Positions 30,875 through 40,806 of a stretch of 57,635 nt of DNA are shown here, in pieces (within the stretch, counting starts at the first letter, position 1; every line of letters begins with the position of its first letter). The position numbers and the translations under genes are program-made. The notes under the pieces are model-generated. The model was not told the origin of the DNA, ran no database searches, and worked only from the letters and a program-made list of their open reading frames with translations. Source of the DNA: Microbacteriaceae bacterium (GTDB lineage: Bacteria; Actinomycetota; Actinomycetes; Actinomycetales; Microbacteriaceae); the NCBI GenBank assembly GCA_018666065.1, contig JABJAO010000017.1:1-57635 (forward strand), written 5' to 3'.

Positions 30875-30898
30875 GGGGGACTCCTTAGGCCTTCGTCA

Positions 30899-31873
30899 TT
30901 AGTAAGCCAGGCTTCGGTCTACTGCGTCAAGTATGCGATCGGCATCGGGAAGATAGAGAGCTTCGAGCCGCGCCGGAGGGAAAGGCGTATTAAAGCCGCT
31001 CACCCGCAACACCGGCGCTTCCATGACATAGAAGGCTTTCTCCGCGAGGGTGGCAGCGATTTCGCTCCCCACACTCACATTTCCCGGGGCTTCTTGGGCC
31101 ACGATTGCGTGGCCTGTTTTGCGCACCGACCCCAGCACTGTCTCGTAGTCGATGGGGGAGAGTGAGCGAAGGTCGACGAGTTCGAGGCTGATGCCCTCGC
31201 TCTGAGCGATATCTGCCGCCTGGTGCATCACGCTGACCATGGCGCCGTGACCAATGATTGTCGCGTCGGTCCCCTCGCGGACAACACGAGCCTGCGCCAT
31301 CGCTGCTCCCGAAGCGCTCGTGTCAACGTCACCTTTGTGCCAATATCGACTCTTCGGCTCGAGATAAATGACGGGGTCGTTCGAGGCAATAGCGTCCTGC
31401 ATCAACCAGTAGGCATCATGAGGAGTTGCCGGAGACACCACGCGCAACCCTGCGGTGTGGGCAAAATACGCCTCGGGGCTTTCCTGGTGATGCTCGACCG
31501 CGCCGATGTGCCCGCCATAGGGAATTCGAATGACCACGGGAAACGACTGTGTTCCCTCGTGACGGGCGGTCAGCTTGGCTAACTGGGTCACAATTTGGTC
31601 GAAGGCTGGGTAGACAAAGCCGTCGAATTGAATCTCGCATACGGGGCGGTAGCCCCTCATCGCCAGACCAATTGCGGTTCCGACAATTCCCGACTCTGCC
31701 AAAGGAGTGTCGATAACCCGGTTCGGGCCAAATTCTTCCTGGAGTCCCTCTGTGACGCGGAACACGCCGCCCAATTGAGCGATGTCTTCACCCATCAACA
31801 TGACAGACGAGTCTGCGCTCATCGCAGCCCGCAGGCCCTCCGTGATGGCTTTGGCGAGTGGAAGCTCCATCAT
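30899..31873 (-). CDS. 2-oxoacid dehydrogenase E1 beta (pyruvate or branched-chain)
   Basis: GEDI..LGGVFR, DTPLAES, EHHQES. Confidence 0.93.
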   Translation of the reverse strand: MMELPLAKAITEGLRAAMSADSSVMLMGEDIAQLGGVFRVTEGLQEEFGPNRVIDTPLAESGIVGTAIGLAMRGYRPVCEIQFDGFVYPAFDQIVTQLAKLTARHEGTQSFPVVIRIPYGGHIGAVEHHQESPEAYFAHTAGLRVVSPATPHDAYWLMQDAIASNDPVIYLEPKSRYWHKGDVDTSASGAAMAQARVVREGTDATIIGHGAMVSVMHQAADIAQSEGISLELVDLRSLSPIDYETVLGSVRKTGHAIVAQEAPGNVSVGSEIAATLAEKAFYVMEAPVLRVSGFNTPFPPARLEALYLPDADRILDAVDRSLAY

Positions 31874-32988
31874 TCGGAGACCTCCTCAAACGAGCTCAGA
31901 TACCCCTCGAGCCATTCCTGTTCAGCGTCGACAACGGAGTGGGGGTCGCTAAACACGTGCTGGAACATCTCCGACACCGGAGGTGACTCCAGCGCAAGAG
32001 TCCGGGCTCGAACATCAGCGGCATAATCTTCAGCTTCTTGGGCAACGCCATCAAAGAACGAGCCCTCGACTCCCAGGCCCTGGAGGTATGCGCGGAAACG
32101 ATCAATCGGGTCGTGCGCCTGCCAGAAGGCGAGTTCGTCCTCGTCGCGATACTTTGTGGGGTCGTCGCTGGTGGTGTGAGCGCCAATGCGATACGTCAAC
32201 GCTTCAATGAAGTGGGGGCCCTGACCAGAGCGGGCCTGGTCCATCGCGATGCGAGTCGCGGCGTAACTCATCAACACGTCATTGCCGTCAATCTGGACGC
32301 TCGGCAACCCAAAACCTGCGGCGCGCTCGTAGAGCGGAGTCTTGGATTGGACTCGGACGGGCACCGAAATAGCCCAATGGTTGTTCTGCAGGAAGAACAC
32401 CTGAGGGGTCTGATAACTCTGGGCAAAAATCAACGCTTCGTTCGTATCGCCCTGGCTTGTTGCTCCGTCTCCGAAATACACCAGAACGGCTTCATCAGAG
32501 TCGAGGTTTCCCGAACCACACTTGCCATCAAAGCCAATTCCCATGGCGTACCCGGTTGCGTGGAGAGTGTGTGACCCGATCACCAGCGTGTACAGGTGGA
32601 AGTTATTGGACTTCTTCGGATCCCAGCCCCCGTTAGTAACACCGCGGAGCATGCGAATAATGTCCACCAGATCAAGGCCTTTGAGGTAGGCCACGGAGTG
32701 CTCTCGATAGGCGGGAAAAATATTGTCCTGCGAACGGGTAGCGAACCCGGACCCCACTTGCGCGGCTTCCTGACCAATGCTGGGGACCCAGAGGGCCATC
32801 TGTCCCTGGCGCTGAAGATTGCCCGCTTCGATATCAAATCGACGGACAACGGTCATCACCCGGTAAAACTCGAGGAGATCCGCTTCCGTGAGATGGGAGA
32901 TGGCCTGGTGATAGACCTCGGTGCGGTCGCTCTTCACCAATTGCCCGTCCTGTGCCAGCAAGCGCAGCGTGGCGTCGGTGTAGGGCAT
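31870..32988 (-). CDS. 2-oxoacid dehydrogenase E1 alpha (pyruvate or branched-chain)
   Basis: GQEA, TPP motif GDGATSQG...NN, HTTSDDP. Confidence 0.93.
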   Translation of the reverse strand: MPYTDATLRLLAQDGQLVKSDRTEVYHQAISHLTEADLLEFYRVMTVVRRFDIEAGNLQRQGQMALWVPSIGQEAAQVGSGFATRSQDNIFPAYREHSVAYLKGLDLVDIIRMLRGVTNGGWDPKKSNNFHLYTLVIGSHTLHATGYAMGIGFDGKCGSGNLDSDEAVLVYFGDGATSQGDTNEALIFAQSYQTPQVFFLQNNHWAISVPVRVQSKTPLYERAAGFGLPSVQIDGNDVLMSYAATRIAMDQARSGQGPHFIEALTYRIGAHTTSDDPTKYRDEDELAFWQAHDPIDRFRAYLQGLGVEGSFFDGVAQEAEDYAADVRARTLALESPPVSEMFQHVFSDPHSVVDAEQEWLEGYLSSFEEVSE

Positions 32989-33112
32989 GGCTCTAATCTA
33001 GCGGGGCGCTTCGGACAGGCGAGTCATTGCTGGGGCACAACGGGTGGCGCAAACCTCCATAGGCAGGCCACACCCATTGGCGCATCAGAGGTTCTCCCGG
33101 CATAGTTAGACC

Positions 33113-33532
33113 ATGCTTCGTTTCATCATTCGACTTCTGGTCAATTCAGTCGCTCTCGCCGTCGCCGTGTGGATCGTTCCCGGGCTCACCATGATTGCCT
33201 ACGCGCAAGGCGAGCCCGTTATCGCGGGCGGCCCAAGCCTTGAACTGATTGTTAGCTACGTCTTCATCGCGTTTGTTTTTGGCCTGATTAACGGAATCGT
33301 CGGCAACGCAATCCGGATCGTCGCCTTTCCTCTGTATGTGCTCACACTCGGCCTGATTGCCCTGGTCGTCAATGCGGCACTCTTACTCTTGGTCACCATG
33401 GTCTCCGAATGGCTGGGCTTTGGCCTTTTCGTCCAGGACTTTTACTGGGGAATTATCGGGGCGCTCGTCTTGAGCCTCTCGAGTTGGATTATTGGCATGG
33501 TGCTGCGCCCCTTCGTGGGGAAACGCCGCTAA
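33113..33532 (+). CDS. 4-TM 'phage holin family' (YvlD-like) membrane protein
   Basis: PLYVLTLGLIALVVNA motif, four TM helices. Confidence 0.8.
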   Translation: MLRFIIRLLVNSVALAVAVWIVPGLTMIAYAQGEPVIAGGPSLELIVSYVFIAFVFGLINGIVGNAIRIVAFPLYVLTLGLIALVVNAALLLLVTMVSEWLGFGLFVQDFYWGIIGALVLSLSSWIIGMVLRPFVGKRR

Positions 33533-34652
33533 CCAACTCTCCTGACCACATACAGCCTCGGCGCACTGCGTCCCTTAGGTACCGGCAACTCGGGAAGTCG
33601 GGGTCGAGCGGGCGAGGAGTCAATATCTCGCGCTGTCTGGTGGTATCCGGTCCTTTCGTGAGCTCCCACGATGTCCCCCGGTGCGGCACCACTGGGCCTC
33701 TCGACCACCATCACCCCCGAGGTTCGGTCACTGCCGCCCAGGCGTGGCACGAGGTCATCAGTGTGCCGAAGGGCCAACGCGGGATACGGCCCTGTGATGG
33801 CCAGAGTCCCCAAGGGAGACCCCACGGTCAGCAGTCCGGTCGTTCGATAACGACCCGACTCGGCCAGGCGGGCAGCGATAATCCCGCCTTGAGAGTGCCC
33901 CGTGAAGGTGACTGCATCACCGGGCTTAATTCCAGCTCGAGTCATCGCGCGGTGAACCCCGAGTAGGGACGCTGCGGGCACCCCCGCCACGAGCGCGACA
34001 TTACTTTCCATGTCAAAGGGGTCGAGGCTGGACCCCATGCTCCATTCGTGGGTTCCTGCGATGTACACCTCTGCGCGAACGTCACCCTGGTCACTGACGT
34101 AGCGCTCTATTCGAATAGGGGCATCAGGATCGGGGATTCTGGCGATGCGCTCGCTGATGGTTCCCGGGGTGCCTGAATCTCACGAGCCATCGGGACCTCC
34201 CGCACGGAGACCCGATGGTCCCTCGGAAAGCCCTGTGCCACGCTCCCCGCTGCGTGACCGAGGGGGTTATCTCCCAGCGCTCCCTCTCGATTCGACCCGG
34301 TCACGGCCGCAACCCAGAGGGCCAGAATTCTCTCGGCGGGCTCATCCCACCGTGTCGCGCGAGCTCGCTCCTGCGCCGCTGTTTCCTGCGCATAGGACAC
34401 CAGGGCTCCCCGCAGCCAGGAGACGTCGTCCATAATCCGCCCCAGGGCTCTTCGCTGGTCCTCGCTATCACGCGGAACCCTGCTGGGTATTGGGTCGAAC
34501 ACCGTGCGCGTTGAGGTCACAGACCCCAAAGCCCACCAGATACTCGACAGAGTCGAGAGGGCTCTCTCCAGCACGGAGACCAACGAATACACGTATTCGT
34601 CGGAAACCCAGATAAGTCCAGGTTCGCGTATCCAAAAAGGCTCGTCACCCAC
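33529..34652 (-). pseudogene. Alpha/beta-hydrolase (lipase-like) gene split by a 1-nt frameshift, or a sequencing error
   Basis: Adding one C to CCCC (plus-strand GGGG 34166-34169) joins two ORFs into 374 aa with GHSQGG, DDLVP and a late His. Confidence 0.72.
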
Positions 34653-34655
34653 AGT

Positions 34656-34850
34656 TCAGGGACTTTCGCCCGCCATAATCTCTAGCGAGCGTGCCACCGC
34701 ACCGAGATCGTGCTGGATTTCTGTTACACGGAGTGCGCATTCGAGGTGTGCCGGACCTCGCCACGTTCCCTCAGGAATCGATGTTGCTAGCTCGCTAGCG
34801 AGGGCTCTCACCTGACTGGCGTACAGGCTCAGTGTCGGGGCGTCGTTCAC
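34656..34850 (-). CDS. 64-aa helical protein with a central W-x-G motif (WXG100-like)
   Basis: GGAGAGGAG RBS before GTG 34850; helix-TWRGPA-helix. Confidence 0.62.
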   Translation of the reverse strand: MNDAPTLSLYASQVRALASELATSIPEGTWRGPAHLECALRVTEIQHDLGAVARSLEIMAGESP

Positions 34851-35001
34851 CGTTCTCCTCTCCACGGTGAGTGTGAACCAGAGGGGAGAAAGGTCCGCGC
34901 CAGACGACTCTAGGTTGCGACTTTCCCGCAACAGACTTTCCGGTGGACAGCAAAATAGGGGAGAATGGGGTTCGGGAAACATCCCAGACAGGAAGGTGAC
35001 C

Positions 35002-36384
35002 ATGTCGCCCTTGGGCCACCAACCGCTCAGCCCTCTGGATGGGCGCTACCGGGAAGCCACCGCGTCACTGGGAGAGTATTTCTCCGAAGCAGCGCTCAAC
35101 CGTGCTCGCGTTCGGGTAGAGATCGAATGGCTGATCACCCTGTGTCACGAAGGGGTCGCGGGATCGACGCCGCTGCCGGCGAAAACCATTGCGGCGTTGC
35201 GCAAGACTGTGGCGGATTTTGGCCCTGAGGACATTGCCCAGATTGCCCACTTCGAAGCGACCACCAAGCACGACGTGAAAGCCGTGGAGTATTACGTGCG
35301 AGATGTTCTTGCTGCTCACGGCATGGAAAGCCTCCAGGAACTCGTTCACTTTGGCTGCACCAGCGAAGACATCAATAACGTCTCCTACGCTCTCGTTACT
35401 CGGGACGCCCTCACAAGTGTGTGGCTGCCTGCCTTCAGCTCGGTACTGAATCGACTCACGGAACTCGCCAAATCCTGGCGTGAGGTGCCCATGCTGGCGA
35501 GGACCCACGGACAGCCCGCCACGCCGACGACCTTCGGTAAGGAACTCGCGGTTTTTGCGTCACGGCTGGCTCGGGTGAGCGAACGGATTACGCACGCACC
35601 CTTCCTCGCGAAGTTCTCGGGAGCGACCGGCACGTTCTCCGCTCACGTCGTCGCCGAACCAGCGGTGAACTGGCCAATCGTGAGCAAAAATTTTGTCGAG
35701 GGGTTGGGGTTGACCTGGAACCCATTGACGACTCAAATCGAATCCCATGACGGCGCAGCAGAACTCTTTGGCGCTATCTCGCATGCGAATCGCATCCTGC
35801 ACAATCTGGCCACTGACATGTGGACATACATCTCCATTGGATACCTGACCCAGATTCCCGAGCCTGGCGCTACCGGCTCCTCCACGATGCCTCACAAGAT
35901 CAACCCCATTCGGTTTGAGAATGCCGAAGCGAACCTAGAAATCTCGAGCGCGCTTTTCGACAGTCTCGGCGCGAGCCTTGTCACCTCCCGTCTGCAGCGG
36001 GATCTGACAGACTCCACAACTCAGCGCAACATTGGCGTCGCGTTTGGGCATTCACTTCTTGCCCTCACGAACCTCCACAAGGGACTTCACGAAGTCTCAC
36101 TCGACGAGAAGGCGCTCCTGGCAGATCTTCACAGCAACTGGGAAGTTCTCGCCGAGGCAATTCAGACAGTGATTCGGGCAGAAATTGTCCGAGGAAACTC
36201 GGCGTCCTCTGACCCCTACGCCACGGTCAAAGAACTGACCCGCGGGCGGGCGGTGGACGCTGATGTTCTCATCGCCTTTGTCGCGCAGCTTGATGTCTCC
36301 GACGGCGCGAAGCAGAGCTTGTCTGCCTTGACCCCCGAGGATTACGTAGGACTTGCCTCAGCGTTGGTCGATTACCTCGACTGA
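35002..36384 (+). CDS. purB: Adenylosuccinate lyase
   Basis: SPLDGRY, RTHGQPA, GSSTMPHKINP; start ATG 35002. Confidence 0.97.
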   Translation: MSPLGHQPLSPLDGRYREATASLGEYFSEAALNRARVRVEIEWLITLCHEGVAGSTPLPAKTIAALRKTVADFGPEDIAQIAHFEATTKHDVKAVEYYVRDVLAAHGMESLQELVHFGCTSEDINNVSYALVTRDALTSVWLPAFSSVLNRLTELAKSWREVPMLARTHGQPATPTTFGKELAVFASRLARVSERITHAPFLAKFSGATGTFSAHVVAEPAVNWPIVSKNFVEGLGLTWNPLTTQIESHDGAAELFGAISHANRILHNLATDMWTYISIGYLTQIPEPGATGSSTMPHKINPIRFENAEANLEISSALFDSLGASLVTSRLQRDLTDSTTQRNIGVAFGHSLLALTNLHKGLHEVSLDEKALLADLHSNWEVLAEAIQTVIRAEIVRGNSASSDPYATVKELTRGRAVDADVLIAFVAQLDVSDGAKQSLSALTPEDYVGLASALVDYLD

Positions 36385-36387
36385 GAA

Positions 36388-36630
36388 CTAGTCGTTACCC
36401 GTTCCGGGCGCTTTTTTCTCGCCATCGGGTGTCGAATTCGGTGCAACAGCAAGCAGCAACATTGCGATGCCAATAATCACCACGATAAAAACAAGCCCGC
36501 TGCCGACGATCGCCACGATGGGGTCCCTGGTGACCATGAGCACAACCAAACCCGCAAAGAGCGCCATGACGCCGGAGAGCATCACGTACTCGAGAGGCCG
36601 AAGCTTTTGTCGCCTCGTGGGCTCATTCAT
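36388..36630 (-). CDS. Small 2-TM membrane protein
   Basis: AAGGA RBS, two hydrophobic helices, directly downstream of the HdeD-like gene. Confidence 0.7.
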   Translation of the reverse strand: MNEPTRRQKLRPLEYVMLSGVMALFAGLVVLMVTRDPIVAIVGSGLVFIVVIIGIAMLLLAVAPNSTPDGEKKAPGTGND

Positions 36631-36633
36631 GGG

Positions 36634-37191
36634 TCAGTCCTTTACGGAAGTAGGGAAACGAAGGGCAATGCTGGCAATGGCCATATAGACACCCTGGACG
36701 ATAGCCCACGCACCTAGGAGTCCGACCACAGCAACGCTGTCGGCTGGCTGGAACAGCACGACCACCGCGAGCACGATGGTCATTCCGCCTTGAGTCATCC
36801 AGTCTCTGCGCAGCGCATGACCGCGGGACAGGCGCCCCCCAACGAATACTTCGGCGACCCCCACTAGGAGAGCCCAAAACACCAGCGCCCACAGCAGAAG
36901 AATCATTCCGGCGTCCTGGAGGGCGAGGACGAGGGCGCCCACGACCAGGGACACGAGAGCTTGCCAAATGTGGAGACCCCGGCCTGGATGGGTGGCGGGC
37001 AGGCCTAGTGCGACGAGCGCAAAACCTACGGCACTGACAATCCCCAATATCCCCAGGGCCACAAGGCCAAACTGGGCCGTGTGACCGGGCGTAAACGTGA
37101 TGACCAAGCCTGTTATCACCACGATGGCCGCGCGCAGTGCGGGCACTACCGAGTAGGGAAGCGCACGGGCTGCCGGTGAGTTGTCTGCCAC
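36634..37191 (-). CDS. HdeD/DUF308-like 6-TM membrane protein
   Basis: Repeated helix pairs (WALLVGVAE, GAWAIVQGV); start approximate. Confidence 0.7.
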   Translation of the reverse strand: MADNSPAARALPYSVVPALRAAIVVITGLVITFTPGHTAQFGLVALGILGIVSAVGFALVALGLPATHPGRGLHIWQALVSLVVGALVLALQDAGMILLLWALVFWALLVGVAEVFVGGRLSRGHALRRDWMTQGGMTIVLAVVVLFQPADSVAVVGLLGAWAIVQGVYMAIASIALRFPTSVKD

Positions 37192-37230
37192 ACCCCCAGC
37201 GTAATGAGAGTTCGTGGAGCCGAGAGCCAC

Positions 37231-38604
37231 TTAGACCTTGGGCATATCCGCAAAGCGCGAATAGTGTCCCTGGAACCCCACGACGATGGTGTCAGTCGGT
37301 CCGTTACGGTGCTTGGCCACAATCAAGTCAGCTTCCCCGGCTCGAGGGTTGTCCTTCTCGTAGGCGCTCTCGCGGTGAAGCAAGATGACAACGTCCGCGT
37401 CTTGCTCAAGCGAACCGGATTCCCGAAGGTCACTGAGCTGAGGCTTTCTATCCGCGCGCTGTTCTGGACCACGGTTTAGCTGGGACAGAGCGACCACGGG
37501 CACTTGAAGCTCCTTGGCCAACAACTTCAGAGCACGAGAGAACTCACTGACCTCTTGCTGACGAGATTCGACGCGCTTTCCCGCGGTCATCAGTTGCAAG
37601 TAGTCGATCACAATCATCTTCAAACCCACACGCTGCTTGAGCCGTCGGGCCTTCGCGCGAATCTCGACCAACGTCATATTGGGGCTGTCATCGATATAGA
37701 GCGGGGCAGATTCAATGCGTCCTCGGGTCGAGGCGATGGTCGTCCAGTCTCGTGCCTCCACCATGCCCTTGCGCATTTTCTGCAGCGGGATTGAGGTCTC
37801 AGCGGAGAGCAACCTCATCGCAATCTCGGACTTGCCCATTTCGAGCGAAAACAAAATAGTCGGTTGTTTGTGGCGGATCGATGCTGAGCGTGCAAGGTCC
37901 AGCGCGAGGGTCGACTTACCCAAGGCGGGCCGGGCAGCGATAAGCACCAATTGACCGGCGTGGAGACCGTTGGTCAGAGCGTCAAGATCTGCAAAACCGG
38001 TGGGAACACCGATCATTTCTCCATCGCGACCGCGCGCGGCTTCAATTTCATCGACCGCCGCAGACACAGCTTCTGTCAGCGGGACGTAGTCTTCCGCTTC
38101 AACGCCACCGGCGACCTGGTAGATCTCCGTTTGTGCAGAGTTGACCAGGTCAGTGACCTCGCCCTCGCTGGCATATCCCATGTTGGCGATGCGTGTACCA
38201 GCGTCAACCAGGCGACGCAGAACAGCCTTATCCGCCACGATGGCCGCGTAGTGACCAGCGCTCGCTGCAGTGGGGACCACAGACACAATCGAGTGCAGGT
38301 AATCAACGCCACCGGCACGAGACAGCATTCCGGTCTTCGTCAGTTCCTCAGAGACCGTAATGACGTCAGTGGGTTCGCCATGGGAATACAGGTTCAACAG
38401 GGCATCGAAAATGATCTCGTGTTTTGGCAGGTAAAAATCTCGACCCCGAACAACCTCAATAACGTCGGCGACTGCGTCCTTGCTCAGCAGCATTCCCCCG
38501 AGCGTGCTTTGTTCTGCCAACACGTCGTGAGGAGGAGTGCGATCCCCGCCATACGTGCGCTCCTGCGGAGAGTCAGGAACGAGCCCCAGTTGCGCTATCG
38601 ACAC
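37231..38604 (-). CDS. dnaB: Replicative DNA helicase (no intein)
   Basis: AARPALGKS, IDYLQL, SQLNR, LSDLRESGSLEQDAD, KHRNG. Confidence 0.98.
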   Translation of the reverse strand: MSIAQLGLVPDSPQERTYGGDRTPPHDVLAEQSTLGGMLLSKDAVADVIEVVRGRDFYLPKHEIIFDALLNLYSHGEPTDVITVSEELTKTGMLSRAGGVDYLHSIVSVVPTAASAGHYAAIVADKAVLRRLVDAGTRIANMGYASEGEVTDLVNSAQTEIYQVAGGVEAEDYVPLTEAVSAAVDEIEAARGRDGEMIGVPTGFADLDALTNGLHAGQLVLIAARPALGKSTLALDLARSASIRHKQPTILFSLEMGKSEIAMRLLSAETSIPLQKMRKGMVEARDWTTIASTRGRIESAPLYIDDSPNMTLVEIRAKARRLKQRVGLKMIVIDYLQLMTAGKRVESRQQEVSEFSRALKLLAKELQVPVVALSQLNRGPEQRADRKPQLSDLRESGSLEQDADVVILLHRESAYEKDNPRAGEADLIVAKHRNGPTDTIVVGFQGHYSRFADMPKV

Positions 38605-38758
38605 AGGAGATTCCTTTCTTTTTCACACGCCAGACGTACAGGATTTATCTGCTCTCCCCTAGGTCTATCACCTTCGACTGACACGGCCGGGAGGCTCTTA
38701 GGAACCCTGTTGGCGGATCCCCTTTCACATCTGCTCCTCACCCTAAGCAGGCCGCCGA

Positions 38759-38972
38759 ATTCCCACAATCCGACCTGTGGATAAGTCTGTGCACTATCAG
38801 CGCGAAACGCCGGTTGCCCTGTGGATAAAATGGGGAATGTCGGCCCATGTACCAGCCAATTTTTCTACAAATATGCCGATTTATCTGGTTTAAAACTTCA
38901 CATTTACGTACGTGTGAATCTGTATAAAGTGCCAGTTTAGACTTCGGTGTGCTAGGGGTCTCATGTGGAGAA
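38759..38972. promoter_or_regulatory. DnaA-box cluster upstream of dnaB
   Basis: Perfect TGTGGATAA at 38776 and 38820, TGTGGAGAA at 38964, plus several degenerate boxes. Confidence 0.78.
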
Positions 38973-38981
38973 AAAGCCCTT

Positions 38982-39016
38982 AACAAACGAAGGCCCTTCA
39001 CGCGGAAGGGCCTTCG
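38982..39016 (-). terminator. Intrinsic terminator of the rpsF-ssb-rpsR-rplI operon
   Basis: 12-bp stem CGAAGGCCCTTC/GAAGGGCCTTCG followed by TTTGTT on the minus strand. Confidence 0.88.
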
Positions 39017-39033
39017 AATCGGAACAAAAATTC

Positions 39034-39486
39034 CTACTTTGCCGCCTTTACCGACAGCGCAACGGTGGCGATGACGCCGTCGTGAATCTTGATCACAACT
39101 TCCGCTGAACCTGTCGACTTGATGGGGCTGGGAATCTCAATCGAGCGCTTGTCTGCGCCCTTGATTCCCGCTGCCTCGATTGCCGCCGCAATGTCATTGC
39201 GGGTAATCGAACCGAACAGGCGTCCTTCCGCACCAGCCTTAGCGCTGATCACAATAGGTGCCTTCTCGAGCGCGTCCTTCAGTGCCTGTGCCTCTTCCTG
39301 AGACGCCATGACCTTGGCTTCGCGGGCGGAGCGAATCTGGTCGACCTGCTTTTGACCACCATTGCTCCACGCAACTGCGAAACCCTGAGGGATGAGGAAG
39401 TTGCGTGCGTACCCGTTCTTGACGTCGACGACGTCACCGGGTGAACCGAGGCCAGCGACCTCGTTTGTCAGAATGAGCTTTGCCAT
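39034..39486 (-). CDS. rplI: 50S ribosomal protein L9
   Basis: LG..GDVVDVKNGYARNFLIP, RLFGSI. Confidence 0.98.
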   Translation of the reverse strand: MAKLILTNEVAGLGSPGDVVDVKNGYARNFLIPQGFAVAWSNGGQKQVDQIRSAREAKVMASQEEAQALKDALEKAPIVISAKAGAEGRLFGSITRNDIAAAIEAAGIKGADKRSIEIPSPIKSTGSAEVVIKIHDGVIATVALSVKAAK

Positions 39487-39497
39487 GAGTGTGCTCC

Positions 39498-39758
39498 TTA
39501 GCGTCCAGCGCCGGCGTATGGCAACAAGGCCATCTCGCGTGCGTTCTTGATGGCTTTAGCGAGCAAACGCTGCTCCTGGACAGAAACGCCGGTGATTCTG
39601 CGGCTGCGGATCTTCCCGCGCTCAGAAATAAAACGGCGAAGCGTGGCGACATCTTTGTAGTCGATGACGCCAACGGTGATGGGCTTCACGGGAGCTGCTG
39701 GCTTACCGCCCTTACCCATCCGTGGTTTGCGGCGGTCGCCGCTGGATTTTCCTGCCAT
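39498..39758 (-). CDS. rpsR: 30S ribosomal protein S18 (zinc-free type)
   Basis: [29 protein letters not shown]; no Cys. Confidence 0.98.
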   Translation of the reverse strand: MAGKSSGDRRKPRMGKGGKPAAPVKPITVGVIDYKDVATLRRFISERGKIRSRRITGVSVQEQRLLAKAIKNAREMALLPYAGAGR

Positions 39759-39818
39759 GGTTATGTTCTTTCTCTGTTGGTGCTCAGGGAGAAACTCCCT
39801 GACTCACGAAAACGGTGA

Positions 39819-40304
39819 CTAGAAGGGTGCGTCCTCGATGGGCGCTTGGTCTGCCGGAGCTGCGCTAGCCCACGGGTCCTGGGTTGCTCCGCCTGCGGCG
39901 GGAGCGCTCCACGAGTCCTCCACGGCTCCTTTGGAACCACTGGACTGGCGCTGAACCTGGGCGGTTGCGTAGCGAAGGCTGGGACCAACCTCATCGACTT
40001 CGAGCTCGATCGAGGTTCGCTTTTCCCCTTCTTTCGTCTCATACGAGCGCTGGCGAAGACGGCCGGTCGCAACAACGCGGGCGCCCTTCGTTAGCGACGA
40101 TGCAACGTGCTCTGCGAACTCGCGCCACACGCTCGCGCGCATGAAGAGAGCTTCGCCGTCTTTCCATTCGCCCGAGGCCCGATCGAAATTACGGGGGGTG
40201 GAGGCGATGGTGAAGTTGGCTACTGCAACACCGTTCTGGGTGTATCGCAGCTCAGGATCTGCCGTGAGGTTTCCCACCACGGTGATGATCGTTTCGCCAG
40301 CCAT
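39819..40304 (-). CDS. ssb: Single-stranded DNA-binding protein
   Basis: [12 protein letters not shown] fold, acidic tail EDAPF. Confidence 0.98.
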   Translation of the reverse strand: MAGETIITVVGNLTADPELRYTQNGVAVANFTIASTPRNFDRASGEWKDGEALFMRASVWREFAEHVASSLTKGARVVATGRLRQRSYETKEGEKRTSIELEVDEVGPSLRYATAQVQRQSSGSKGAVEDSWSAPAAGGATQDPWASAAPADQAPIEDAPF

Positions 40305-40307
40305 GGT

Positions 40308-40682
40308 CTACTCCGCTTTGCGGCGCTTGCTGCCACCAGACAGCGAGACCTTTTGGGCGACGGGCGACTCTTCGGGAGCACCGAGGCGAACGGTCGCTTC
40401 GTCCTGGCGCATGACCTTGGTCCGCATCACAGCCTCGCTCAAGCGCAGCTGGCGATCGAGTTCAGCGGTTGCCTCAGCGGAAGCGGTGAAGTTGACGACG
40501 GCGTAGATGCCCTCGGCCTTCTTCTTAATTTCATACGCCAACCGACGCTTTCCCCAGATGTCAAGGTTCTCAATGGTGCCACCGTCTTTGCGGATGACCT
40601 CAAGGAATGCCTCGAGACTGGGAGCAACGGTGCGCTCATCTGTCTCTGGGTCAAGGATGACCATCAGTTCATAATCGTGCAC
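40308..40682 (-). CDS. rpsF: 30S ribosomal protein S6
   Basis: [19 protein letters not shown]; start GTG 40682. Confidence 0.96.
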   Translation of the reverse strand: MHDYELMVILDPETDERTVAPSLEAFLEVIRKDGGTIENLDIWGKRRLAYEIKKKAEGIYAVVNFTASAEATAELDRQLRLSEAVMRTKVMRQDEATVRLGAPEESPVAQKVSLSGGSKRRKAE

Positions 40683-40689
40683 GACTACC

Positions 40690-40738
40690 CCACCTCCTTC
40701 GGACTCAACGGTTACAGGATTTCTGCAACAGGAGGGAT
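40690..40738 (-). ncRNA. S6:S18 ribosomal leader-like element
   Basis: CCCTCCT can pair with the AGGAGG SD and encloses a TTGCAG/CTGTAA hairpin followed by CCG. Confidence 0.65.
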
Positions 40739-40806
40739 TAGTGCATGTGTCCTGCGAGCAAGACAACTGCCACAGTCTAGGTGGGATGCACGCCCTACGG
40801 CAACCG

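Noticed and set aside
33113-33532. Holin-family gene as evidence of a prophage
   Set aside because: No integrase, endolysin or structural genes nearby; YvlD-like 4-TM proteins are common chromosomal genes
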